In this document: positions 20,008-33,653 of the stretch, one piece after another
Position numbering within the stretch: position 1 is the stretch's first letter
Layout of the letters: every line of letters starts with the position of its first letter
Assembly (NCBI GenBank): GCA_963758525.1
Contig: CAVWVQ010000003.1
Coordinates: 4,064,001 to 4,128,000, forward strand
Direction of reading: 5' to 3'
DNA: 64,000 nucleotides
Source of the DNA: an uncultured Phycisphaerales bacterium
GTDB lineage: Bacteria > Planctomycetota > Phycisphaerae > Tepidisphaerales > Tepidisphaeraceae
Notes under the pieces: model-generated
What the model was told of the DNA's origin: nothing
The model's database searches: none
What the model saw: the letters and a program-made list of their open reading frames with translations, nothing else
Position numbers and translations under genes: made by a program

Positions 20008-21660
20008 TTATTGCCCCGGGGCCGGGTTTCCGGCGGCCTGTGCCGCGGCGGCCGCGGCGCGGCTCTCGAACTCTTTTTTCTGCGGGTCGTCGGTGTCCTT
20101 GCGAAGGTCGCGCCGCTGCATGTTGCCGTTGTTGTCAACCAGCAGAACGTAGTAGCCCTTGGGAGGCAGCGGATCCTGACGAATGTCCACCAGCGTCCAT
20201 TGCGTGGGTCCGATGGCATCGCCGGGCGCGGCGAGGACCTCAGTTTCCTTGGGATTGGGCGACCAGACAAAGACGCTGAAATGCGCATCCTGCAAGCGAA
20301 CGGGAGCAGTGACAAAAACTTGCGTGCGAGATCGGATGGTAATGCTGCCGCTCGGCGTCGAAAGCTCCGGACCGGGGCTCGCCACGGCAAATTGCTTGGC
20401 CACCTGTGGCGTGGCGAGCCGCGTGGATGTGAAGAGCGGATTCAGCATGCGGTACTGGATGTAATACCGGTACGTCTTCTCCGGCACCACCGTGTCATCA
20501 TGCGCAACAATCATATCGTCAGTGCTCCTGACGGTTGGATTGAAGAAATTGCCCTGCACGCCATTGTCGGCCGGCGGCGGCGGGGTGTATGGAGGCGAGG
20601 GAGTGCGCAAGCCGCCGGGGTAGACCGGACCGGACAACGGCGCCGTCGGCGAACCTGCCCCTCCAGGACGGGGGCGGAAGGGAACACCGGGACCTGGTGA
20701 AGGCGGCTGTGCGCCTGCGCTGCCAGGCGCGCCTCCCGCATCGGCGGCGGCGGCGGGCGGGTTGTCGGGCATGTACCACGGATCGGCGCCAGGCGCCGTC
20801 GGATAAAACGGCGGACGCAGGATCAACTCCTGATTGCTCTGAGCCCAGAACTGGTACGTGCGCCCCTCCAACTCGCTTGGCGTGTCGCTCGACGGGTATG
20901 GGGCGGGGCTCACGTTGATCGCCAGCGGCGGAATCACTTTCGCGACGGGGGGCGTCCAGTTTTTGCCGGACGAATCCAATTCCTGACGGAACAGCGTCAC
21001 CTGCAGGTACATCGTCTGAAACATCTTCGGCGGTACTGGCGGCGCCGGAGGCGGCGCTTGAAACGCATCGGTGAACGCCTTGCTCAATTGTTTCATGTCG
21101 ACCTTGAACTCGACGGAAACCGCGTCGAGGTCTCTGCTGATCATCGGCACGGCGACGCCGGGATTCGCGGCCGCGTCGAATGTCGGATCAGCATATTGCG
21201 CAAGCGTGCGGTAGGACGCTATGGCTACCGGAATGGCAGCGGGCAACTGCGGTAACTTACCGATCTTCGCCAGCAGCCCCTCACCGACCGTGGCATCACT
21301 GGGCCCAACGGAACCAAATTGCCGGGTCGGATCGCCTCCGGAGACGACGACTGGAAGCAAGTGGAGATCAGCCTGATCACCCGCTTGCTTCGTCCACTCC
21401 GCCACGACATTGGGAGGGGTGATCACAATCGGATCGGTGATCTCCATCTGCTTGTCGAGCTGTGTGATCGGTCCCTTGACGATCGCGGAGTCGACGTCTC
21501 CTGGCTGGACGTCTTTCTGCGGCCCCAGCGTGACGGCAATGTCCGATTGGTAGCCGTAGCTCCAGGCCATGAACAACAGGTAAAGCGCTCCAACTCCCAA
21601 CGCGACCCATTGAACCTGCTGTTCGGCAATTTTGAGAAATTTCTGCATGTGCATCTGCAT
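20008..21660 (-). CDS. Proline-rich membrane-anchored hypothetical protein of the pilM locus
   Basis: 550-aa ORF with GAGG RBS, N-terminal TM and HDDTVVPEKTYRY motif. Confidence 0.75.
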   Translation of the reverse strand: MQMHMQKFLKIAEQQVQWVALGVGALYLLFMAWSYGYQSDIAVTLGPQKDVQPGDVDSAIVKGPITQLDKQMEITDPIVITPPNVVAEWTKQAGDQADLHLLPVVVSGGDPTRQFGSVGPSDATVGEGLLAKIGKLPQLPAAIPVAIASYRTLAQYADPTFDAAANPGVAVPMISRDLDAVSVEFKVDMKQLSKAFTDAFQAPPPAPPVPPKMFQTMYLQVTLFRQELDSSGKNWTPPVAKVIPPLAINVSPAPYPSSDTPSELEGRTYQFWAQSNQELILRPPFYPTAPGADPWYMPDNPPAAAADAGGAPGSAGAQPPSPGPGVPFRPRPGGAGSPTAPLSGPVYPGGLRTPSPPYTPPPPADNGVQGNFFNPTVRSTDDMIVAHDDTVVPEKTYRYYIQYRMLNPLFTSTRLATPQVAKQFAVASPGPELSTPSGSITIRSRTQVFVTAPVRLQDAHFSVFVWSPNPKETEVLAAPGDAIGPTQWTLVDIRQDPLPPKGYYVLLVDNNGNMQRRDLRKDTDDPQKKEFESRAAAAAAQAAGNPAPGQ

Positions 21661-21691
21661 GACTTACCTCGCGAGGTCCAGCTCAATTCGT

Positions 21692-22946
21692 GTTCAGGGC
21701 GCCGCGGCGCCGGCGGAGCAACATGAAGCGCCGTCTTGACGTCGTCGGGCATCAGCGGAACTGTCCATTTCCGCATCAGCAGACTCTCGCAGGCGAGTGA
21801 AAGCTGCACCACCGGCGAACTGCCGTAAATGTATCCCTGCGCGTCAGCCTGCACCGGGTCGACCGGCGTGATCTCGACGCCCAGGACCGTCATCATCTTG
21901 TCGCGCTGCAATTCGTGAAGCACCAGCGGAATCTGCTCCTGATCGACTTCCAGAACCAGATTGAACTGCACGACATCGTAGAGATCGTTGCTGACGTGTC
22001 CGGTGGGAGACCTCGTGAAATCGCGCACGTCGGTTCCGCCGGACTCGTCGGGGGGAGCCGCGGCGGCCGGGCCGCCGGCCGGCTGAACGTAGGCGGAGAT
22101 TCCCTCCGCAATTCTCAACTGCGAGAATCGTTTGACCGCGTCCGTGAGAATGTTGCTCGTCGGAATGTTGTTGTTCGCCGCGATGATCGCCGCCGCCACG
22201 TCCTGCTGGATCCACAGCGAAAGCTGCGCGTACCAGACGTCCGAGGGAGTGGGCCTAGCGCTCGGATTATTCATCACCGAATTGATGGTCAACGCCGTCG
22301 GATCCATATACAGCTTGTGCTGCGTCGCGCTCTCTTGCCGAAGCTTCTCCGGGAGCCTTTGCTGAATTTCCAGGAAGTCGTGCTCCAGTTGCTCGCGGTT
22401 GGCCTCCTGACCGTTGATCTTGTAGATCTTGTCCTCCACCTCAGTCTGGTGCAGCTCGGCTATTTTCTTGTTGATCTCATCCTGGTTGGGCGGCATCACG
22501 CTTCCAAGCGCGGCTGGAATCTGCTTCTGCATCACGTCGAGATACGCCCTGCGATAGTCGAAAACGCGATACGAGGGATCGGGAAGCGTGTCGGGCAACA
22601 GCAAGTCGTGCCCCGCCTTATTGAGGGCGACAGCCCTGTTCATCAGTTCGTCGCTCTGGTTATGCACGGTGTCGCGGGCGTCCTTGCCTGCGGTGATGAT
22701 CTGATCCGTGGGAAACCGATCGAGCGGCTGCGCCTCTGCCCCCGGTTGCACGATCGGGAGAAACCGCTGCTCCTTGAGCAGCGTTTGCGCCTGGGTGTAG
22801 CTCTGGGCGCGTTGCGTGAGTTCGGTGCGGAACTTGGCGCGCATGCCCGCCAGCGGGTATGCGAGCGCGATCATCGCGAGCAGGGCGACGAACCCGCACA
22901 CGATGCTGAGGACGTTTTTCTTGATGATGTACAGGGCCTTGTCCAC
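21692..22946 (-). CDS. Hypothetical PilO-like membrane-anchored protein
   Basis: ORF 21423..22946 with N-terminal TM. The implausible 240-nt overlap with the next gene suggests a 3' frameshift and a true stop near 21692. Confidence 0.6.
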
Positions 22947-23009
22947 GGTGTCTTCTCGAGGTCAGAGTGTGAAGGTCTTAACCATCCGGATCACGATCTG
23001 GGTCGGTTG

Positions 23010-25097
23010 CTAGGGAGCAGGGGCCGCGGCGGTTGGCGTCGCGCCGGCGGCGGGCTGCGGCGGTTGCGGATCGAGCGTTACGGCAATCAGCAGCGTTGCC
23101 TCCGTATCGTCCTTCATGCTCTCGTTGGGAATCAGCGGATCCGCCAGCGGATCGACTGGCCCCGCAGGCACAACCGGAGGCGCGACGGCGATCGGACGGC
23201 CTGGCGTGCGGCCAAGCGGGTAGGGGGCGTCCGAGGGGCTCAAGGGTGACGCTGCGGGGAATTGTTGCCGCGGCGCGCGCGGAGCAGTGATGAACGGGGA
23301 CCCCAGGGCCACTTTGTGGGCGATGGCAACGCTCTCGCGGACGAAGCAATAGGGGATCGGGACTCCGGTCTTGGCCAACTCATCCATTTTCTGTTTGCCC
23401 AGACCATCCAGTTTTTGAATCACTACTTTGCGGATGTGATCGTCGCCTCCCTCGTTGGGAGTAATGACGCGCACAGTGAACAAAAATCCGCGCTGAGGCT
23501 TGACGGGCGTGGCAGGCGCCGCACTCGCCGGAGCCGGCGGACGAACCATCAATCCGCCGCCGCCGGGGCCGAAGATCTGCTGCGAGAATACCGCATCGGT
23601 CATTACATCCTTGAAGTAAGGCGTAATATCAGCGACGTAGCGGTACGCGAAGTCGTGCATCACCACCTGCTGTCGTTTCCCGCGTGGAGTCGCAAGCATC
23701 GCCTTGAACGCTTCGGGCGTGGACGGGCTGGGAGGCATGGTATTGAAGATGTCCCGCAGCATGCCGCTCCACAGATCACGCCCCGCCAGCAGCCCGTCGA
23801 GCCGCAGGATCTGGGCTCGATCCGGGCCCCCGGAATCGGCGACCGCCTTCCATTGCGAATCAAATGAGCCGGCCCGGGCCAACGTTTCCTTAATGTGGTT
23901 CCCGTTGTTGAGGTGATCCTTGTCGTCCTGCAAATGCCGGTAGTAATAGCTTCCATAGGCGACCCCGGTGCCGCAAAGAAACAGCGCCGCCGCCGCCGCG
24001 AAGAACTTGGTCTTGTCGCGCCACATGCGCTCGCGGCGAATTTTCTGCGGAAGCAGCGAACTGTTAATCGCCGCGTCGCCCATCGCCTGCAGCGCCAGTC
24101 CGTAGGCGCTCACGCAGGAGAGCATGTTGTCGCTGAACGTCGCGGCGACCTTCGCGTCCAGGCCCGAAGTGTCGCCAAGACGATCGATCCGCGCGACCTC
24201 CAACTGCAGGTTTTGCTGAAGGTATTTTTGAAGTCCGGGCAGCCGGAACGTGCCGCCCAGCGCCAGCACGCGGCTGATGCGCGAGTCCTTGTGAATCGAC
24301 GCATAAAAGCCGATCGAACGCTGGATTTCCGCGACCAGGTCCGCAAATACCGGCCGCATTGCCTGCAGGATCTGCCGGCCGTATTTGCTCGTCGCGGCGT
24401 TGCGCTTCAGTTCCTCGGCCTTGGGGAACTTCAGCTTGAAACTCTTGACCAGCGCTTCGGTGAAATTGTTGCCGCCGATCGGGATCGACCGGAGCCAGAT
24501 CGCCTCCCCTTCGGCGATAATCAAGTCAGTGTTTTCCGCGCCCAGATCCACGATCATCGTGGTCCCCTTCACGCGCCGGTCGTGCTGCATGGCGTTGTAC
24601 ACCGCCAGCGGATTCATTTGCACCAGCTCAACGTCCAGGCCCGATTCGGTGAAATATTGAATGTGCCGGTTCACCAGTTCCCGGCGCATCGCGAAGATGC
24701 CCACTTCCACTTCCGGCGATTGATCGTTTTGAAAAAGCTGGTAGCTCCATTCAACGTCGTCGAGCGGGAAGGGAATCTGCTGAATGGCTTCAAAACGGAC
24801 GATCTCGGGAATCTTCCTGGGCTCGACCGGCGGGAGCTTGATGAATCGCGCGAAGCTCGACTGCCCGCTGACTCCGACCGCGATCGCGCCTTTGCTGCCG
24901 CCCTGATGCTGCACGAAGTTGGCGATGGCCGACTGAATGATCGAGTCGCGGTTATCTCCCGCTTGCGAGAGAATGTGCTCGTGCTCGATGATCTCGACGT
25001 CGGCAACCCGGATCACGCCATCCTTCCGCACGAGGCGGACGGCTTTGAGCGCCCGGTTTCCGATATCAATTCCCCAGGCGGCGTTCGACGAAGGCAT
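23010..25097 (-). CDS. pilM: Type IV pilus assembly protein PilM fused to a TM/PilN-like C-terminal region
   Basis: WGIDIG..ALKAV, IPFPLDDV and IVDLGA..T actin-like motifs; NSSLLP followed by a TM segment. Confidence 0.88.
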   Translation of the reverse strand: MPSSNAAWGIDIGNRALKAVRLVRKDGVIRVADVEIIEHEHILSQAGDNRDSIIQSAIANFVQHQGGSKGAIAVGVSGQSSFARFIKLPPVEPRKIPEIVRFEAIQQIPFPLDDVEWSYQLFQNDQSPEVEVGIFAMRRELVNRHIQYFTESGLDVELVQMNPLAVYNAMQHDRRVKGTTMIVDLGAENTDLIIAEGEAIWLRSIPIGGNNFTEALVKSFKLKFPKAEELKRNAATSKYGRQILQAMRPVFADLVAEIQRSIGFYASIHKDSRISRVLALGGTFRLPGLQKYLQQNLQLEVARIDRLGDTSGLDAKVAATFSDNMLSCVSAYGLALQAMGDAAINSSLLPQKIRRERMWRDKTKFFAAAAALFLCGTGVAYGSYYYRHLQDDKDHLNNGNHIKETLARAGSFDSQWKAVADSGGPDRAQILRLDGLLAGRDLWSGMLRDIFNTMPPSPSTPEAFKAMLATPRGKRQQVVMHDFAYRYVADITPYFKDVMTDAVFSQQIFGPGGGGLMVRPPAPASAAPATPVKPQRGFLFTVRVITPNEGGDDHIRKVVIQKLDGLGKQKMDELAKTGVPIPYCFVRESVAIAHKVALGSPFITAPRAPRQQFPAASPLSPSDAPYPLGRTPGRPIAVAPPVVPAGPVDPLADPLIPNESMKDDTEATLLIAVTLDPQPPQPAAGATPTAAAPAP

Positions 25098-25309
25098 GTT
25101 GCGTCCTCATCCGGGTGTAGTAATCGATCAAGGTGTAACGCGTGCCGCTGGCCGGAGCAACCAATTCGCTCTGTCGCGACGGGCTCGTGCCATCAACCGG
25201 CAAAGAATGCCGTGCGGGGTCCGGTAATAAGAGCACTCGTTGCGTGTGGCAGGATCCCGTGTGGGTGGCCCCAAAAACTCTGCAATCTCCGCCTCTCGTC
25301 CCTGCTCCA

Positions 25310-25339
25310 ATGGTAAGTCAGCACCACTGATTCTGTCAA
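25310..25339 (-). promoter_or_regulatory. Sigma-70-like promoter for the pilM operon
   Basis: TTGACA-N18-TACCAT, about 210 nt upstream of the pilM start. Confidence 0.45.
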
Positions 25340-25343
25340 TGAT

Positions 25344-28144
<2,801 letters not shown>

Positions 28145-28493
28145 GATCTTCCCGTGTTTGGCCCCTCCTCAGTCGCGCGGATTCTATGCGCACGCCGCAC
28201 GCTTACAAGCCAGTCATTCGTCCCACGGCCCCAGAGCGTGCCCGATTCTCCCAAAAGCCGAAGGACGCCGTTGGAATTGATCCGTCAAGCCCCTCTTATC
28301 GCAAACCCCGGGTCTCGACACCGGATGCGACCTTTTCCCAAGCGGATGCGTCCAGCCGCGCCAGCCCAAAAGAGTGATTGCCACGAAAAAACGCTAAGGA
28401 CGCGGCGCTGGCTGCGCCCGCAACCCAAAGAAACGAATCTGACCGTGGATGAACGCGGGGAAAGAGATCGAACCGCTGATAAACGCCGATGAA

Positions 28494-29898
28494 CCCAGCG
28501 CTGCCTCGCTTCGCTCGGCCGCAACCAAAACGAAGAGCCGCGAAGACGCGAAGACGCGAAGAGAGACGCGAAGGTAAGAAAATCAAAAATGCGGGATCGA
28601 AGCCCAGGGAATTGTGCCTTGGGGTTTCAGGTGCAATTGAATTGTCTTCCTTCGCGTTTGTCTTCGCGTCTTCGCGTCTTCGCGGCTCTTGATCTTTTGG
28701 CTGATCGCCTGCCCGGGAAAATATGCGCAGCGCGCGAAGATCTCAATGGGTTGTGACACGGATTGGCCAAGGCCATTGTCTCCGCAATGCGGATGACCAG
28801 GCCCGCCGCGATCAAGTGAAGAGCCAGCTTCTGAGTGTTGGCAATTCTCCGCTGCACCTTGTTCGTGCAGCCACCCTGCTGAAAACGTTTGCTTCAGCCG
28901 CAACCAAAACGAAGAGCCGCGAAGAGCCGCGAAGACGCGAAGAGAGACGCGAAGGTAAGAAAATCAAAAATGCGGGATCGAAGCCCAGGGAATTGTGCCT
29001 TGGGGTTTCAGGTGCAATTGAATTGTCTTCCTTCGCGTTTGTCTTCGCGTCTTCGCGTCTTCGCGGCTCTTGATCTTTTGGCTGATCGCCTCCCGGGAAA
29101 ATTTGCGCAGCGCGCGAAGATCTCAATGGGTTGTGACACGGATTGGCCAAGGCCATTGTCTCCGCAATGCGGATGACCAGGCCCGCCGCGATCAAGTGAA
29201 GAGCCAGCTTCTGAGTGTTGGCAATTCTCCGCTGCACCTTGTTCGTGCAGCCAGCCTGCTGAAAACGTTTGCTTCAGCCGCAACCAAAACGAAGAGCCGC
29301 GAAGACGCGAAGGCGCGAAGAGAGACGCGAAGGTAAGAAAATCAAAAATGCGGGATCGAAGCCCAGGGAATTGTGCCTTGGGGTTTCAGGTGCAATTGAA
29401 TTGTCTTCCTTCGCGTTTGTCTTCGCGTCTTCGCGTCTTCGCGGCTCTTGATCTTTTGGCTGATCGCCTGCCCGGGAAAATTTGCGCAGCGCGCGAAGAT
29501 CTCAATGGGTTGTGACACGGATTGGCCAAGGCCATTGTCTCCGCAATGCGGATGACCAGGCCCGCCGCGATCAAGTGAAGAGCCAGCTTCTGAGTGTTGG
29601 CAATTCTCCGCTGCACCTTGTTCGTGCAGCCACCCTGCTGAAAACGTTTGCTTCAGCCGCAACCAAAACGAAGAGCCGCGAAGACGCGAAGACGCGAAGA
29701 GAGACGCGAAGGTAAGAAAATCAAAAATGCGGGATCGAAGCCCAGGGAATTGTGCCTTTGGGGTTTCAGGTGCAATTGAATTGTCTTCCTTCGCGTTTGT
29801 CTTCGCGTCTTCGCGTCTTCGCGGCTCTTGATCTTTTGGCTGATCGCCTGCCCGGGAAAATTTGCGCAGCGCGCGAAGATCTCAATGGGTTGTGACAC
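28494..29898. repeat. Tandem array A-B-A-B-A-B-A, period 379-380 bp; A carries a 42-bp inverted repeat built from GACGCGAA units
   Basis: GCAACCAAAA recurs at 28521, 28900, 29280 and 29659. First A is 28494-28759 and first B is 28760-28896. Arms 28533-28574 and 28649-28690 match at 40 of 42 positions. Confidence 0.95.
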
Positions 29899-29990
29899 AG
29901 ATTGATCAGATATTCGTACGGTGCGTTTAACGTTCACTTGCGGTTTCCCGAAGTTGATCAAGAGGCCAACGTGAAGGCCGGTTGCGGCGA
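29899..29990 (-). pseudogene. C-terminal remnant of a GxxExxY (PD-(D/E)XK-like) protein
   Basis: Translates as ATGLHVGLLINFGKPQVNVKR, the characteristic GLLINFG C-terminus; no N-terminal part is visible. Confidence 0.65.
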
Positions 29991-30043
29991 TGGGGTGCCA
30001 GCGGAGATAATGCGCGCCAGTTTTGCTGAAAGGAATGCTTGCC

Positions 30044-31144
30044 GTGCGCGTTGGTGTGCCGAAAGAAGTGAAGGCGGATGAATACCGCGTGGCTTTGATG
30101 CCGGTGGGAGCGGATGTTCTGGTGCGGGCCGGGCATGAGGTTCTCATCGAGGCGGATGCCGGAGTCGGCAGCGGATTTGCAAATGAGGCGTATCTAAGCG
30201 TGGGGGCGAAGATTGTATCGTCCGCCAGGGAATTGTTTTCGCAGTCCGATCTGCTGATCAAAGTGAAGGAGCCGCAATCGCAGGAGATTGCCTTATTTCA
30301 CCGGGGGCAGATCGTTTTTACCTATCTGCATTTTGCGGCCAACCGCACGCTGACAGAGCGCTGCCGCGACAGCGGTATTACCGCGATCGCTTATGAAACG
30401 ATCAAAGACCGGGCCGGGCGTCTTCCGCTGCTGACACCGATGAGCGAAATCGCGGGGAAGATGAGTATTCAGGAGGGGGCGAAGTATCTCGAAAAGCCGA
30501 TGCGCGGCCGGGGGATTCTGCTGGGCGGCGTGCCGGGGGTTGCGCCGGCCAATGTGGTGGTGCTGGGAGCGGGCATCGTGGGGACTAACGCCGCGAAGGT
30601 GGCTGCCGGACTGGGAGCCAGCGTTTCCCTGATGGATATCAACCTGGAGCGGCTGAGGTATCTCGATGATGTGATGCCAGCCAACGTCTCCACGATTTTC
30701 AGTGATCCACATACGGTCAGAGAGCACCTCGCGCGAGCCGATCTGGTGGTCGGGGCGGTTTTGGTTCCCGGCGCAAAGGCGCCTCGACTGGTCACACGAG
30801 ACGACCTGAAGATCATGAAGGCCGGTGCCGTGATCGTCGATGTCGCCATCGACCAGGGGGGGTGTTTTGAGACCAGCCGGCCCACGACGCACCAGGACCC
30901 GACATACGATGTCGACGGAATCATTCACTACTGCGTCACCAACATGCCGGGCGCCGTCGGCCGCACGAGCACGATGGCACTGTGCAACGCGACGTTGCCG
31001 TATGTCGTCAAGGTCGCCGACAAAGGCTTTGAGAAAGCAGCGGCGGAAGATCCCGGCTTTGCCGAGGGGATCAATCTGGTGGCCGGCCGAGTCACGCACG
31101 CCGCGGTGGCCGACTCGCTGGGGCTGAAATACGAACCCATGTAA
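30044..31144 (+). CDS. ald: Alanine dehydrogenase
   Basis: [29 protein letters not shown] and [10 protein letters not shown] motifs; start near 30035-30044. Confidence 0.96.
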   Translation: MRVGVPKEVKADEYRVALMPVGADVLVRAGHEVLIEADAGVGSGFANEAYLSVGAKIVSSARELFSQSDLLIKVKEPQSQEIALFHRGQIVFTYLHFAANRTLTERCRDSGITAIAYETIKDRAGRLPLLTPMSEIAGKMSIQEGAKYLEKPMRGRGILLGGVPGVAPANVVVLGAGIVGTNAAKVAAGLGASVSLMDINLERLRYLDDVMPANVSTIFSDPHTVREHLARADLVVGAVLVPGAKAPRLVTRDDLKIMKAGAVIVDVAIDQGGCFETSRPTTHQDPTYDVDGIIHYCVTNMPGAVGRTSTMALCNATLPYVVKVADKGFEKAAAEDPGFAEGINLVAGRVTHAAVADSLGLKYEPM

Positions 31145-32196
31145 TGCAAGCATTAATCAAGAGCAGCAAAAAGACGGGACTGTGGCTCGAAGACGTTCCG
31201 ATGCCAACGATCGGCATCAACGACGTGCTGGTGAAGGTGCTGCGTACCGGCATCTGCGGGACCGACGTTCACATTTACAACTGGGATGCGTGGGCGCAGA
31301 AGACGATCCCCGTGCCGATGGTCGTCGGCCACGAGTTCGTCGGGCGCATCGTCGAACTCGGGTCGAATGTTCACGACTTTCACGTCGGCGACATCGTCAG
31401 CGGCGAAGGGCACGTGGTCTGCGGGCGATGCCGCAACTGCCTTGCAGGCCGGCGTCATCTGTGCAAGGACACCAAGGGCATCGGTGTGAATCGGGCCGGC
31501 GCGTTTGCCGAGTACATCGCGCTGCCCGTCACGAATGTCTGGGTCCATGAAAGCGGCGACGGACCCGCATCTAAAATCTCGCGCGACGTGCAGTCAATCT
31601 TCGATCCATTTGGCAATGCTGTTCACACCGCCCTCAGCTTCGACGTGCTTGGCGAAGACGTGCTGATCACCGGCGCCGGGCCGATCGGCTGCATGGCGGC
31701 AGCGGTGGTGAAACACGCGGGGGCACGCTACGTCGTTATCACCGACGTCAACCCCTATCGGCTGGAACTGGCGCGGAAAATGGGCGCCACCGAGGCAGTC
31801 GATGTCCGCTCGGATTCCATCGCCGCCGTTCAGAAGCGGCTGGGCATGAAGGAAGGCTTCGACGTTGGGCTGGAGATGAGCGGAAACGCGGCAGCTTTCC
31901 GCGACATGCTGGCCAACATGTCCCATGGCGGCCGCATCGCCATGCTCGGCATCCCGCCCGGCGGCGAGATGTCGATCGACTGGAACACTGTCATCTTCAA
32001 CATGCTCACCATCAAGGGCATCTACGGCCGCGAGATGTACGAAACCTGGTACAAAATGACCGTGATGCTGCAGAGCGGCCTGGACATCGAGCCGGTCATT
32101 ACCCATCGGCTGCACTACACCGAGTTCCAGAAGGGATTCGACGCCATGCTCTCGGGCCAGAGCGGCAAGGTCGTGCTCACCTGGAGCGAAGGCTAG
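31144..32196 (+). CDS. tdh: L-threonine 3-dehydrogenase
   Basis: [18 protein letters not shown] and [13 protein letters not shown] motifs. Confidence 0.96.
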   Translation: MQALIKSSKKTGLWLEDVPMPTIGINDVLVKVLRTGICGTDVHIYNWDAWAQKTIPVPMVVGHEFVGRIVELGSNVHDFHVGDIVSGEGHVVCGRCRNCLAGRRHLCKDTKGIGVNRAGAFAEYIALPVTNVWVHESGDGPASKISRDVQSIFDPFGNAVHTALSFDVLGEDVLITGAGPIGCMAAAVVKHAGARYVVITDVNPYRLELARKMGATEAVDVRSDSIAAVQKRLGMKEGFDVGLEMSGNAAAFRDMLANMSHGGRIAMLGIPPGGEMSIDWNTVIFNMLTIKGIYGREMYETWYKMTVMLQSGLDIEPVITHRLHYTEFQKGFDAMLSGQSGKVVLTWSEG

Positions 32197-32199
32197 CCT

Positions 32200-33381
32200 A
32201 TGTCCCCCGCATTTGAGGAATATCTTCGCCGTACGCTCTTGGAGATCGACGCCAACGGGCTGCGCAAACGAGAGCGTGTGATCACCACGCCGCAGAGCGC
32301 GCACGTAAAAGTGGACGGCGGCAAGCCGCTGCTGAATTTGTGCGCCAACAACTATCTCGGCCTTGCCGATCATCCGCGGTTGATCGCAGCGGCCAAGAAA
32401 GCGCTCGACGAATGGGGCTTCGGGCTCGCTTCCGTGCGATTCATCTGCGGCACCCAGCAGATCCACCGCCAACTCGAAAAGGCGATCAGCGCTTTCCTGG
32501 AGACCGATGACACGATTCTCTATTCCTCCTGCTTCGACGCCAACGGTGGATTGTTTGAAACGCTTCTGAGTGAAGCCGATGCGGTGATCTCCGATGAGCT
32601 GAACCACGCCTCGATCATCGATGGAATCCGCCTGTGCAAGGCGAAGCGCCTGCGTTATCGCAACAACGACATGGCCGACCTGGGCGGCAGGCTTGCCGAG
32701 GCCAAGGATGCGCGGTTCAAGCTGATTGCCACCGATGGCGTCTTCTCGATGGACGGCCGCATCGCCAATCTCGCTGCGATATGTGATCTGGCTGACAGCG
32801 CCGGCGCGCTGGTGATGGTGGACGACTCGCACGCCGTCGGCTTCATGGGAAAGACCGGCCGCGGGACGCACGAGCATTGCGGTGTGGTGGGGCGGGTCGA
32901 CGTTTTTACCGGGACACTCGGCAAGGCGCTGGGCGGCGCCAGCGGCGGATATGCCAGCGGCCGTCAGCCGATCATCGACCTGCTCCGGCAACGGTCGCGA
33001 CCGTATCTCTTCTCCAACAGCGTGGCTCCCTCGATCGTCGGCGCCACGCTGGAGGCATTGACGCTGCTTTCCCAATCCACCGCGCTGCGCGACCAACTCT
33101 GGGACAACACCCGCTTTTTCCGTTCCGCGCTGGCCGAACGCGGATTTGAAATCTCGACCGATGAGCATCCGATCGTGCCGGTCATTCTGGGCGATGCCGC
33201 GCGCGCGGCCAAAGTGGCCGAAGCCATGCTCCAGCGCGGCGTCTACGCCGTCGCCTTTTCCTATCCGGTGGTTCCGATGGGGCGTGCTCGGATTCGTACG
33301 CAAGTCTCCGCGGCTCATTCCCACGATGATCTGCAATTTGCCGCCCAGACATTGGCCGACGCCTGCGCCCAGGTCCCATGA
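32200..33381 (+). CDS. kbl: Glycine C-acetyltransferase (2-amino-3-ketobutyrate CoA ligase)
   Basis: [29 protein letters not shown] and RPYLFSN motifs. Confidence 0.96.
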   Translation: MSPAFEEYLRRTLLEIDANGLRKRERVITTPQSAHVKVDGGKPLLNLCANNYLGLADHPRLIAAAKKALDEWGFGLASVRFICGTQQIHRQLEKAISAFLETDDTILYSSCFDANGGLFETLLSEADAVISDELNHASIIDGIRLCKAKRLRYRNNDMADLGGRLAEAKDARFKLIATDGVFSMDGRIANLAAICDLADSAGALVMVDDSHAVGFMGKTGRGTHEHCGVVGRVDVFTGTLGKALGGASGGYASGRQPIIDLLRQRSRPYLFSNSVAPSIVGATLEALTLLSQSTALRDQLWDNTRFFRSALAERGFEISTDEHPIVPVILGDAARAAKVAEAMLQRGVYAVAFSYPVVPMGRARIRTQVSAAHSHDDLQFAAQTLADACAQVP

Positions 33382-33653
33382 TTCAGAGTCATCGCTTGGA
33401 ACCTGAAGGTCGGACTCCGCATCAGCTCATTACATCCGGTTGCACCTCACCGCAGGCACGACCTAATCGCTCCGGTTTCGCCTGCAGCGGCAAATTTGAG
33501 CCAAAAATCCGCGCTGCACGTTGGCATACCTATAGGTAGTATCATTTCAACCCGTGTTGATGGAGCAACCGATGGAAGACGATGGCATTGGATGCCGAGA
33601 CATTGAAGCGCTGGGACGAACCAGACGCATATTGTTGTCCATTCTATTGTGTC

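Noticed and set aside
25098..25305. c-di-GMP riboswitch in the pilM leader
   Set aside because: I could not find the GGCAAA..GAAA..GACGCAAAG core.
28489..29715. Repeated short ORFs within the array
   Set aside because: Low-complexity translations of the repeat on both strands, with no recognisable motif.
28494..29898. CRISPR array or integron attC cassette array
   Set aside because: Units are about 380 bp, the intervening B segments are near-identical rather than unique, and no cas gene or intI is present.
31594..33336. Long antisense ORFs (also 9080..10075, 18315..19673, 23895..25316, 25581..26930)
   Set aside because: Shadow frames of well-supported genes in GC-rich DNA.
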